Source of the DNA: Ruminococcus sp.
Lineage (GTDB): Bacteria > Bacillota > Clostridia > Oscillospirales > Ruminococcaceae
Direction: 5' to 3'
Length of the DNA stretch: 64,000 bases
NCBI GenBank assembly: GCA_017543595.1
Contig: JAFYFU010000019.1
Span: 35,622-99,621 of the forward strand
Of the stretch, positions 46,735 to 55,971 are shown in pieces. Within the stretch, counting starts at the first letter, position 1, and each line of letters starts with the position of its first letter. Both the position numbers and the translations under genes were made by a program. A model generated the notes under the pieces. It ran no database searches and was not told the origin of the DNA. It saw nothing but the letters and a program-made list of their open reading frames with translations.

Positions 46735-48622
46735 AACTTAATTCAAACATTCCCGTATAAAGCTGGTAATATTTGCCTTTCTGGGCGATAAGTTCGTTAT
46801 GATTTCCACGCTCAATAATTTTTCCGTTTTCAAGAACCATTATAGCCTGCGAATTGCGGACTGTTGAAAGTCTGTGGGCGATTACGAAAACAGTTCTGCC
46901 CTCCATGAGACTATCCATTCCCTTTTCGATGAGTGCCTCTGTTCGGGTATCAATTGAAGATGTCGCCTCATCGAGAATAAGCACAGGCGGGTCTGCTATG
47001 GCTGCCCTTGCGATTGCAAGGAGCTGTCTCTGTCCCTGAGAAAGATTTGAGCCGTCAGCGGTAAGCATGGTATTATAGCTGTTTTCGAGGTGAGTTATGA
47101 AATTGTCGGCATTTGCGAGTTTTGCGGCTGCATAGACTTCATCGTCTGTTGCGTCAAGTTTTCCGTATCTTATATTATCCATTACAGTACCCGTGAAAAG
47201 GTGTGTATCCTGCAAAACTATTGACTGCGAGTGGCGCAAATCATCTTTTTTGATTTTGTTTATATTTATTCCGTCATAGCGGATTTTTCCGTCAGGGACA
47301 TCATAGAATCTGTTGATGAGATTTGTTATGGTTGTTTTTCCTGCGCCTGTCGAGCCTACAAAGGCGATTTTCTGTCCCTGTTTCGCATAGAGGCTTATGC
47401 CGTTGAGGACAATTTTTTCGGGTTCATAGCCGAACACAACGTTATCGAGTTCAACCATGCCTTTAACTTCTGTATAAGTTATTGTACCCTCTGCCTTGTG
47501 GGGGTGTTTCCAAGCCCAGTGACCCGTATGCTTGTCGGTTTCCTTTATATTGCCATTGCCGTCAATTTCAGCGTTTACAAGAGTTACATATCCGTCATCT
47601 GTTTCGGGCTGTTCGTCAATTACTTTAAATATTCTCTCTGCACCTGCGAGTGCCGTAAGTACGGAGTTCAACTGCTGAGATACCTGTGTTATGGGCTGAG
47701 AGAAAGAACGTGTGAATTGCAGATATGAAACAACCGTTCCTATTGTCATTCCGCCTATGCCCTTTACGGTCATTATACCGCCTACTATTGCGGTTATTGC
47801 GTAGTGCAGATATGATAAATTATTCATAATGGGCATTAACACATTTGCAAAAGTATTCGCACGGGTAGAGGCTTCACAGAGTTCATTGTTAAGCTTTTCA
47901 AATTCTTCAATTGCGATATCCTCATGACAGAAAACTTTAACGACTTTCTGACCGTCTATAAGTTCTTCTATGTAGCCGTTAGCCTTTCCTATGGCTTTCT
48001 GCTGTTCAATAAAGCCCTTGCTGCTTCTTGCACCTATGAATCCTATAACTCTTATTACCACCAATAACACTACGACAACTATTATAGTGAGCTGCCAACT
48101 GTATATCAGCATAGCCGTAAATACTCCGACTATTGAAATTGCGGAGCTTATGAACTGTACAATACTGTTGCTCAACATTTCACGGAGAGTATCGGTATCA
48201 TTTGTGTATAAACTCATGAGTTCGCCGTGTGTGTGCTTGTCGAAAAACCTTATCGGGAGAGATTCCATTTTTGTGAAAAGGTCATTTCTTATTCTCATAA
48301 GAGTTGTCGTTGAAATTTTCATCATTATCCTTGCATACACAAAGGACGACAAAGCACCGAGTATATATATTCCTGCCATGACGGAAAGAATTGATATGAA
48401 TTTTGTCTTGTCCCAACTGCCCGATTTTACGGCTTCTTCTATGTTGTCAATAAGAGGCTTTAAGAGATAATTTCCCGCAATTCCCGCAAAAGAACTGAAT
48501 ACAACGCCTATGACGACAATTATAAACTGCGCCTTGAATCCGTACATATAGCTGAAAATACGCTTCATGGTATTTTTGACGTTCGAGGGTTTCTGCGGAG
48601 CTTTCTGATTTCTTGGCGGCAT
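46733..48622 (-). CDS. Heterodimeric ABC exporter subunit (consensus site; TMD+NBD)
   Basis: GSTGAGKTT, LSQGQRQ, LILDEATS, IAHRLST. Confidence 0.92.
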   Translation of the reverse strand: MPPRNQKAPQKPSNVKNTMKRIFSYMYGFKAQFIIVVIGVVFSSFAGIAGNYLLKPLIDNIEEAVKSGSWDKTKFISILSVMAGIYILGALSSFVYARIMMKISTTTLMRIRNDLFTKMESLPIRFFDKHTHGELMSLYTNDTDTLREMLSNSIVQFISSAISIVGVFTAMLIYSWQLTIIVVVVLLVVIRVIGFIGARSSKGFIEQQKAIGKANGYIEELIDGQKVVKVFCHEDIAIEEFEKLNNELCEASTRANTFANVLMPIMNNLSYLHYAITAIVGGIMTVKGIGGMTIGTVVSYLQFTRSFSQPITQVSQQLNSVLTALAGAERIFKVIDEQPETDDGYVTLVNAEIDGNGNIKETDKHTGHWAWKHPHKAEGTITYTEVKGMVELDNVVFGYEPEKIVLNGISLYAKQGQKIAFVGSTGAGKTTITNLINRFYDVPDGKIRYDGININKIKKDDLRHSQSIVLQDTHLFTGTVMDNIRYGKLDATDDEVYAAAKLANADNFITHLENSYNTMLTADGSNLSQGQRQLLAIARAAIADPPVLILDEATSSIDTRTEALIEKGMDSLMEGRTVFVIAHRLSTVRNSQAIMVLENGKIIERGNHNELIAQKGKYYQLYTGMFELS

Positions 48623-50349
48623 TATTCATCAGCTCCTTTCTGCTGGGAATCGTAAACTTCCCTGTAAATATTATTATTTTTAAGTAATTCTTCGTGTGTG
48701 CCAACTGCACTTATTTTTCCGTTGTCCATTACAATAATTCTGTCAGCGTCCTGAACGGAAGAAATTCTCTGTGCTATTATAAATGTGGTGGTATCGGAGA
48801 GTTTCTCACGGAAAGCCTTTCTGATATTGCTGTCGGTAGCGGTATCGACTGCGCTTGTTGAATCATCGAGAATAATTATTTTCGGCTTTTTGAGCAATGC
48901 ACGGGCTATGCAGATTCTCTGTTTCTGTCCGCCCGAAACATTTACACCGCCCTGACCGAGGTCTGTATCGTATTTGTCAGGGAAACTTTCTATAAAATCG
49001 TGGGCGCAGGCTGATTTGCAGGCATCAATAATTTCCTCATCTGTTGCATTTTGATTGCCCCACCTGAGATTATCTTTTATAGTTCCCGAAAAAAGAACAT
49101 TTTTCTGCAAAACCATAGCGACCTGATTTCTGAGGGTTTCGAGGTCATATTCCTTTACGTTGTGACCGCCTACTATTACATCTCCCTCTGTTGCGTCATA
49201 AAGTCTTGGGATAAGCTGGACAAGGGAAGTTTTTGAAGAACCCGTACCGCCTATGATTCCGACAGTTTCGCCCGATTTTATGGTTAAATCTATTTTTTCA
49301 AGGGCTAAGTTCTTCATGTCGTTGAAATAGCTGAAACTTACATTCTTGAATATCACAGAGCCGTCCTTACATTCAGCCTTTGCATTTTCGGGAGAAGATA
49401 TAGTCGGTTCTTCCGTGAGGACTTCATAGACACGCTGTAAAGATGCCCTTGAAAGCACAAACATGATAAACATGAACGAAAGCATCATAAGTGCCATGAG
49501 TATCTGTGTTACATAAGAGATAAAGCTTGAAAGCTCGCCTGTTGCAATATTTCCGCCGACAGCCATATTTCCGCCGAACCATAATATCGCAACAATGCTT
49601 GAATACATTATGAACTGCATTGAGGGCATTGTCATAATTATTAACTTTTCCGCCTTAACCTGAGCCTCACGGACTTTTTCGGTATTTTCGGTAAATTTTT
49701 TCTTTTCGTATTCCTCACGAACAAAAGCCTTTACGGTTCTTATGCCCACAAGATTTTCCTGAACATTTGAGTTCATGCCGTCATAGAGTGCAAGCATAGC
49801 TTTGAATCTTGGGTGCGCCTTTGTCATGATAGTCGCAACAATTGCCGCAAGAACGGGTACTGCACATAAAAATACCACCGAAAGACTTGAATTTATTTTC
49901 AGTGCCGCCATAAGAGCGCATACAAGCATTATAGGCGCACGGAATGCCATTCTTATGAACATCATGAAAGCATTCTGAATATTTGTAACGTCTGTTGTAA
50001 GTCTTGTTGTAAGAGAGGCAGTTGAAAATTTATCGACATTCGCAAAAGAAAAATCCTGCACTTTTTTGAACAATGCTTTTCTGAGATTCTTTGCAAAGCC
50101 CATAGCCGCAACCGCACTCAGCCTTCCTGCTATTGCGCCGAAAAACAGCGATACAAGAGCCATTCCTACCATAAGTCCGCCCATTCCCGCAACATAGCCT
50201 ACATTTCCCTTTTTTATGCCGTTGTCTATTATAAGAGCCATAACCATGGGAATAAGAACTTCCATGAGGACTTCTCCTATTATTGATACAGGCGTGAGAA
50301 TTGCCTGTTTCTTGTATTCGCCAACATAAGAAAATATTTTTTTGAACAA
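48622..50349 (-). CDS. Heterodimeric ABC exporter subunit (degenerate site; TMD+NBD)
   Basis: GGTGSSKTS, SGGQKQR, ILDDSTSAVD (E to D), IAQRISS (H to Q); TTG start. Confidence 0.92.
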   Translation of the reverse strand: MFKKIFSYVGEYKKQAILTPVSIIGEVLMEVLIPMVMALIIDNGIKKGNVGYVAGMGGLMVGMALVSLFFGAIAGRLSAVAAMGFAKNLRKALFKKVQDFSFANVDKFSTASLTTRLTTDVTNIQNAFMMFIRMAFRAPIMLVCALMAALKINSSLSVVFLCAVPVLAAIVATIMTKAHPRFKAMLALYDGMNSNVQENLVGIRTVKAFVREEYEKKKFTENTEKVREAQVKAEKLIIMTMPSMQFIMYSSIVAILWFGGNMAVGGNIATGELSSFISYVTQILMALMMLSFMFIMFVLSRASLQRVYEVLTEEPTISSPENAKAECKDGSVIFKNVSFSYFNDMKNLALEKIDLTIKSGETVGIIGGTGSSKTSLVQLIPRLYDATEGDVIVGGHNVKEYDLETLRNQVAMVLQKNVLFSGTIKDNLRWGNQNATDEEIIDACKSACAHDFIESFPDKYDTDLGQGGVNVSGGQKQRICIARALLKKPKIIILDDSTSAVDTATDSNIRKAFREKLSDTTTFIIAQRISSVQDADRIIVMDNGKISAVGTHEELLKNNNIYREVYDSQQKGADE

Positions 50350-50405
50350 ACAGAATCCCCCTTTAAATTTATTCCCCGCAAAAAGCGGGGAAATTGTCGG
50401 TATAA

Positions 50406-51524
50406 TTATTTTTCAAGTGTTCCGTGTGAGAGTGATTTAAGGTAAGCGTTGATAAATCCGTCAATGTCTCCGTCCATTACAGCCTGAATATTGCCGTTTT
50501 CAAAGCCTGTTCTGTGGTCTTTTGCAAGTGTATAGGGCATGAATACATAAGAGCGTATCTGCGAACCCCATGCAATCTGATTCTGTACACCCTTGATATC
50601 CTCTATTTTTTCAAGGTGTTCACGTTCCTTTATTTCGACAAGCTTTGCACGGAGCATTTTCATGGCATAATCTTTGTTCTGGTACTGGCTTCTCTGTGTC
50701 TGACAGGAAACAACTATGCCTGTGGGCTTGTGGATAAGTCTTACAGCCGAACTTGTCTTGTTGACTTTCTGACCGCCTGCACCGCTTGAACGGTAAACTT
50801 CCATTTCGATATCTTCGGGACGGATATCAACTTCAATGGAATCGTCAATTTCGGGCATAACTTCGAGGGCTGCAAAAGATGTATGTCTTCTGCCCGATGC
50901 ATCAAAGGGAGAAATTCTTACAAGTCTGTGAACTCCCGATTCAGATTTCATATAGCCGTATGCGTTGTCGCCTTCTATCAATATAGATGCGGATTTCATG
51001 CCTGCATCATCACCGTCAAGGTAATCAAGGAGAGTAACTTTATAGTCATGTCTTTCAGCCCAGCGGTTGTACATTCTGTAAAGCATTTCAGCCCAGTCCT
51101 GAGCCTCCGTACCGCCTGCGCCCGCATGGAAAGTCAGGATAGCGTTTGAATTGTCGTATTCGCCGTTGAGGAGAGTAGCGAGCTTTTCTTCTTCGAGTTT
51201 TGATTTGAAAGCATTGGATTCGGAAGTTATCTCATCAATTGAACTTTCGTCATCTTCTTCAATGGATAATTCAATAAGCGTAATAATATCTTCAAGGCTT
51301 TCGTTGAGTCTGTTGAATTTTTCAATTTTCTTTTCGAGTGTTTTTGTTTCCTGCAAAACTTTCTGCGAATTTTCGAGGTCGTCCCAGAATCCGTCCTTTG
51401 CGGTTTCCTCATTGAGTTCGGCGATTCTTTTCTTTGCGCCTTTTATGTCGAGAACATCGGCAAGTTCTTCCATCTCTTTACGGTAGCCGACCATTTCGAC
51501 ACGCAGTTCATCGAGAATAATCAT
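50406..51524 (-). CDS. prfB: Peptide chain release factor 2 (continuous ORF, no frameshift)
   Basis: GGTEAQDW, GVHRLVRISPF (SPF anticodon), GAGGQ, IAWGSQIRSY. Confidence 0.96.
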   Translation of the reverse strand: MIILDELRVEMVGYRKEMEELADVLDIKGAKKRIAELNEETAKDGFWDDLENSQKVLQETKTLEKKIEKFNRLNESLEDIITLIELSIEEDDESSIDEITSESNAFKSKLEEEKLATLLNGEYDNSNAILTFHAGAGGTEAQDWAEMLYRMYNRWAERHDYKVTLLDYLDGDDAGMKSASILIEGDNAYGYMKSESGVHRLVRISPFDASGRRHTSFAALEVMPEIDDSIEVDIRPEDIEMEVYRSSGAGGQKVNKTSSAVRLIHKPTGIVVSCQTQRSQYQNKDYAMKMLRAKLVEIKEREHLEKIEDIKGVQNQIAWGSQIRSYVFMPYTLAKDHRTGFENGNIQAVMDGDIDGFINAYLKSLSHGTLEK

Positions 51525-51577
51525 ATTAACAAATCCTTTCTTATTGGTTTTACTATATTATAGCATAAATTTTCATG

Positions 51578-52870
51578 TTAATCAAGCTTTGACATAATTT
51601 TTGTCACACGGCATATTTCAACACGGTGATGTTTCAGTTCGGTTATGTCTATCCTGAGCATATCCGTATCAACGGAAGTTTTTGTGCCGTCTTTCGGGAT
51701 TTCTCCGAGAAGTGAAACGACATATCCGCCGAAGGTGTCATATTTTTCGGCAGGGAGTTTTATTTCGAGTTCTTCGGCAACTTCGGAAAGAGGAGTTATG
51801 CCCGGAACAAGCCATGTATTTGTACCTGTCTTTTCAAATTTTATTTCGGGTTCATCGAGTTCGTCATCGTCAAAATCCCCCACAAGCTGTTCAACAAGGT
51901 CAGTAACGGTAATTATACCGCTCATTCCGCCGTACTCATCAACAACGACAGCAAAACGGTCTGCGCCGTATTTTTTCATCTGTGCGAAAAGCCTGTCCGC
52001 TTTCATATTTTCATGAACGAAATAAGGTTCTCTCACGGCATTGTTCATTATATTAACAAGGCTTTTGTCATCAAGGCGGAAATAGTCCTTTGCGTTGAGT
52101 ATACCTGTTATATTGTCAATGCTTTCCCCGCATATCGGAAATGACGAATGTCTTGTGCGGTGAATGGTTTCCTCCCATGTTTCAATGCTTTCGTTCTCCC
52201 ACAAAATAGAAACATCTGTTCGGTGGGTGCATATCTGACCTGCGGTCATGTCATCAAAGGCGAAAACATTCTTGATTATGCGGTTTTCGTCCTCGTCAAT
52301 AGCACCTGTTTCCGCACCTGCATCTGACATCATAAGGATTTCTTCTTCCGTGACAGTATTATTTCCGCTGTCGGGGTCAACGCCCGTGAGTTTAAGTATT
52401 CCCCTTGCGGTCATTTCCGAAAGAAATGAAAACGGAACGAAAACAATATGCATAAGGTTTATAAAGCCCGCAAGTCTCAAAGCTGTCTTTTCGGGGTGCA
52501 TGGCGGCGGTTTTTTCGGGGATTATCCTGCCGAAAACAGTATTCAGAAACGCAAATATCAGAGAAAAGGCTATTATTATGACATACCGCCATTCGGTATG
52601 ATATATTTCTACAATGGACTCGCTGATTGGTACAGAAATATCTGCGGCAATAAGCGATGAGGCAATAATGCTTATTATGAAAAATGCCGAACTTATTGAG
52701 GAAAGAAACTCTGACGGTTTGTCTGTCAGTTTTTTTAATTTTTCAGCTTTTTTATTACCGCCTGCCGACATTTTTTCAAGCTTTGAATCGTTCATTGATA
52801 TTAAAGCTTTTTCCGATGCGGTAAGAAAGGCATTGACGACAATAAGAATTATCGGCACAAAAGCATACAT
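51578..52870 (-). CDS. Hemolysin-family CNNM/CorC protein (TM + CBS pair + CorC_HlyC)
   Basis: FLTASE.AL, FG.IIP, VTEEEI, HTRHS.FP, VVVDEYGG.SGIIT..DLVE, YDTFGGY; start ATG 52870 probable. Confidence 0.9.
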   Translation of the reverse strand: MYAFVPIILIVVNAFLTASEKALISMNDSKLEKMSAGGNKKAEKLKKLTDKPSEFLSSISSAFFIISIIASSLIAADISVPISESIVEIYHTEWRYVIIIAFSLIFAFLNTVFGRIIPEKTAAMHPEKTALRLAGFINLMHIVFVPFSFLSEMTARGILKLTGVDPDSGNNTVTEEEILMMSDAGAETGAIDEDENRIIKNVFAFDDMTAGQICTHRTDVSILWENESIETWEETIHRTRHSSFPICGESIDNITGILNAKDYFRLDDKSLVNIMNNAVREPYFVHENMKADRLFAQMKKYGADRFAVVVDEYGGMSGIITVTDLVEQLVGDFDDDELDEPEIKFEKTGTNTWLVPGITPLSEVAEELEIKLPAEKYDTFGGYVVSLLGEIPKDGTKTSVDTDMLRIDITELKHHRVEICRVTKIMSKLD

Positions 52871-53033
52871 ATATAACTCTTTAAAGAGTGTTAAAAAGAG
52901 CATTAAAAATATCCTCCGTAAAACTCCTTGACAAAATTTTGAAACACACTATATTATACATTATAATATTAATATTGTCAAGAGAAAATTATCACAATTA
53001 AAAATCCCTGCCGAATGACAGAGATTCTTAAAA

Positions 53034-53489
53034 TTATTTTGACTTTTTCCTGAGCCTTGCAAAAAATTCGGAGAGTATATGCGAACATTCCTCCTGCATT
53101 ATTCCGCCTTCCGCCTGCGGTTTGTGATTATAGGGCATATCGAACATATTCTGCACGGAAACGACAGAACCGCTTTTTTTGTCATATGCGCCGAAATAAA
53201 CATCATCTATCCTTGAATTTATTATTGCTCCGCAGCACATGGGACAGGGTTCAAGAGTAACATATATTGCACATTCGGGAAGACGCCAGCCTCCAAGGGT
53301 TCGGCAGGCTTCATCAACAGCTTCAATTTCGGCATGGGCGAGGGCATTTTTAGCGAGTTCACGCCTGTTTCTTCCTCTGCCGACAATTTCGCCCGTAGTT
53401 TTCTTAACAATGACAGCACCGACAGGGACTTCCCCCTCTGCGGCGGCTTCTTCTGCGAGTTTCAGGGCTTCTTCCATGTAATTAATCAT
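53034..53489 (-). CDS. tadA: tRNA adenosine(34) deaminase
   Basis: GEVPVGAV, HAEIEA, TLEPCPMCCGA; start ATG 53489 after AGGAG, overlapping upstream stop. Confidence 0.95.
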   Translation of the reverse strand: MINYMEEALKLAEEAAAEGEVPVGAVIVKKTTGEIVGRGRNRRELAKNALAHAEIEAVDEACRTLGGWRLPECAIYVTLEPCPMCCGAIINSRIDDVYFGAYDKKSGSVVSVQNMFDMPYNHKPQAEGGIMQEECSHILSEFFARLRKKSK

Positions 53490-54652
53490 CAGAAAACAAC
53501 TCCTACAAGTGCATAGACTATGCATACAAGCCCTACGGCTATATACGGGAATATCTTTACCGAGAACAGTATTCTCTTTCCGAGCGGAAATTCGGATTTG
53601 TATTCCGCAAGCATTTTTCCTTTTTTCCTGTTGTGCAGAAAACAAAGTATAGCTCCAACCGCCCCTGCAATAAACACAAGTGACATGAACATTCCCCTTG
53701 TCATGCTCATGCTTACGGAGGGTTCTGCCTCTATGACGGTCAGTGCAAGGACATACATTTTATATACTATGCTTACGGCTATGGGAGTGAAAATACTTCC
53801 GCTCCTCAGCATACCGTAAGAACCTATTACGGATATGAGGAAAACCGCTGCCATATCCCCGAAATCATGTGTTAAAAGGGCTGCCGTGAGAGATGTTATT
53901 ATTATTGCGAACAAGTCTCCGAACTGCCTGCACACCGCAAACACAGCACCGCAGAATATCATTCCGCTGAGTATCGACATGATTATTGTGTCGAATATGA
54001 TATATACAACAAATTCCACTTGTCCCCATACCGAAACGTCCGTGTCTATATTCCTGAAAAAGCTGTATATTTCTTTCGTATCGGGAGAAAATGCAGACGG
54101 TATGTTTATTATCGTACAGACAAGCAGGGCAAGGGATATTCCCGTGACAAGCCCTGACGGGTGATTCATTGTATGCATGAACTCAACTTTGAGAGGGACT
54201 TTGAAAGATTCATGCAGATAGAACATTGTGACAATCATTCTTATCAGGGACACCATTATTATAACCGTTACTATTTCAAGGCTTCCGCCGTAAATCGTAT
54301 TGTTAAAAAAGTTACTGTTTACATCTATCCCGATTATACTTAAAAATTTTACAAGAAATTTTACGACTATCGTATCTGTCACAAGCCATATAAGCATGGC
54401 ATTTCCTATGATGTTGAATATCCTTGCAAGGGTTCTCTTTTCGGCACTCACGGCACTTTCGCTTATAAACCCCTTGCCGTCAATGAAAATGCTTTCATCT
54501 TTATTTGACGAAAAACTGAAAGAAAATTTATTTTCCTTTTTTCTGCGCCATTTTATGAACTGCCCGTTATAGGAATCATTCTGTGTGGAGTAGTCAAATT
54601 CATCTATGACGTTTATTATTTTACTGTCAGAACATTCAGCAGTTTTGTTCAA
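53489..54652 (-). CDS. CPBP/Abi-like polytopic membrane protein, catalytic motifs apparently degenerate
   Basis: ~9 TM; layout resembles CPBP but EExxxR and H..N motifs not present. Confidence 0.5.
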   Translation of the reverse strand: MNKTAECSDSKIINVIDEFDYSTQNDSYNGQFIKWRRKKENKFSFSFSSNKDESIFIDGKGFISESAVSAEKRTLARIFNIIGNAMLIWLVTDTIVVKFLVKFLSIIGIDVNSNFFNNTIYGGSLEIVTVIIMVSLIRMIVTMFYLHESFKVPLKVEFMHTMNHPSGLVTGISLALLVCTIINIPSAFSPDTKEIYSFFRNIDTDVSVWGQVEFVVYIIFDTIIMSILSGMIFCGAVFAVCRQFGDLFAIIITSLTAALLTHDFGDMAAVFLISVIGSYGMLRSGSIFTPIAVSIVYKMYVLALTVIEAEPSVSMSMTRGMFMSLVFIAGAVGAILCFLHNRKKGKMLAEYKSEFPLGKRILFSVKIFPYIAVGLVCIVYALVGVVF

Positions 54653-54774
54653 TCGGACCGCCTCCTTCCGCTGAAAAATTTTCCGCCGAAATCGTACTTA
54701 ATATGATTTTAGCATATTCAGGCACATTTTATGTTATTATTTTCTCTATATAGTGTAAATTTTTTATTAACATC

Positions 54775-55125
54775 TTATTCCATTACGTGTTCCATAGCGT
54801 AATAGAATATTTTCTGTACATGATTATCGCAAAGCGAATAAAAAATAGTCTTTCCGTCCCTGCGTGTGCTTACAAGCCTTGCCTGTTTTAAAACTCTTAA
54901 CTGGTGGGAAATTGCCGATTGTGTCATATTTAAAAGTTTTGCTATGTCGCAGACGCACATTTCATTCTGGCAAAGCACAAATATTATTCTTATCCTTGTG
55001 GAGTCACCGAATACTTTAAGCAATTCCGCAGCATCATAAAGCACTGATTCATCAGGCATAATTTTTGATACTCTGTTTACGATGTCCTCATGTACACAAT
55101 TGTGTCCGCATATATGTTCTTCCAT
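54775..55125 (-). CDS. ArsR/SmtB metal-responsive repressor (CadC/CzrA-like)
   Basis: LKVFGDSTRIRI, ELCVCD-like EMCVCDIA, QSAISHQLRVL, DNHV; start ATG 55125 after GGAGGA. Confidence 0.9.
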   Translation of the reverse strand: MEEHICGHNCVHEDIVNRVSKIMPDESVLYDAAELLKVFGDSTRIRIIFVLCQNEMCVCDIAKLLNMTQSAISHQLRVLKQARLVSTRRDGKTIFYSLCDNHVQKIFYYAMEHVME

Positions 55126-55142
55126 TTTATCCTCCCTTTCCA

Positions 55143-55592
55143 TTATGCCGTAACCGCAAAAAATATATAGACCGTTGCCATTACAGCCAAATTACTGCAA
55201 ATAAGACCCACAACGCAGGTTATAACCGCCCATATGTCAAAGACTGCGTTCATTCTCTTATTGTAAAGCACCGTGCATTTTTTATTTTTCCTGTACAGTT
55301 TCTCCGTGAAAACCATTTCGCTCGGAAAAACACATGGATATTCCTCATTTTCTATTTTATAATATGCTACCGTAAAGGGCATTTTTTCGCTTTCTCTTTT
55401 TCCGAAATGCATGAACTCCGCCTTTTTTCTTTTTGAGAATACAAGCCTTATACAGAAATAAACAAAAAGCAAAGCCATGCCTATTATTGCAAGTTCAACT
55501 ATTCCCAGCGCACCAAGATACAAATAAAAATCGCTGACTCCGAAAATTTTGCAGAGAACAAAAATAACTGCTATAACAAGAATAAACTCCAA
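55143..55592 (-). CDS. Hypothetical membrane protein
   Basis: Two N-terminal TMs, small beta domain, C-terminal TM; TTG start with GGGGT RBS. Confidence 0.7.
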   Translation of the reverse strand: MEFILVIAVIFVLCKIFGVSDFYLYLGALGIVELAIIGMALLFVYFCIRLVFSKRKKAEFMHFGKRESEKMPFTVAYYKIENEEYPCVFPSEMVFTEKLYRKNKKCTVLYNKRMNAVFDIWAVITCVVGLICSNLAVMATVYIFFAVTA

Positions 55593-55858
55593 AAGGCATA
55601 CCCCCTCACATTACAATTATATCATAAAACTGCGTATAAGTCAATAATTTACGCTGTTTTGCCTTTGATAACATTAATTTTATTAAAAATAATTTATGCC
55701 TGAAAAGCAGTTTAATTCAAAAAAAATATTACTTATTCAATGAATATTAATTCTGCTATATTAAATTAACAATTAATCCACAGATTTTATGTGCATACTG
55801 CACAAATTAATGTCTCATAATTCTACAATCAGAGAATATACAATTTGCACAAATTACC

Positions 55859-55887
55859 TTGACTTTTTTCTACATCCATGTTAAAAT
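55859..55887 (+). promoter_or_regulatory. sigma-A promoter of GH5 gene
   Basis: TTGACT-17 nt-TAAAAT with extended TG. Confidence 0.7.
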
Positions 55888-55971
55888 TAATTTACATGAG
55901 AAAAGCCCCTTCTTTTAAAGGGTACGGTTTTGCACTGAACCGTATATTTACATATTTGGGAGGATATTAAA

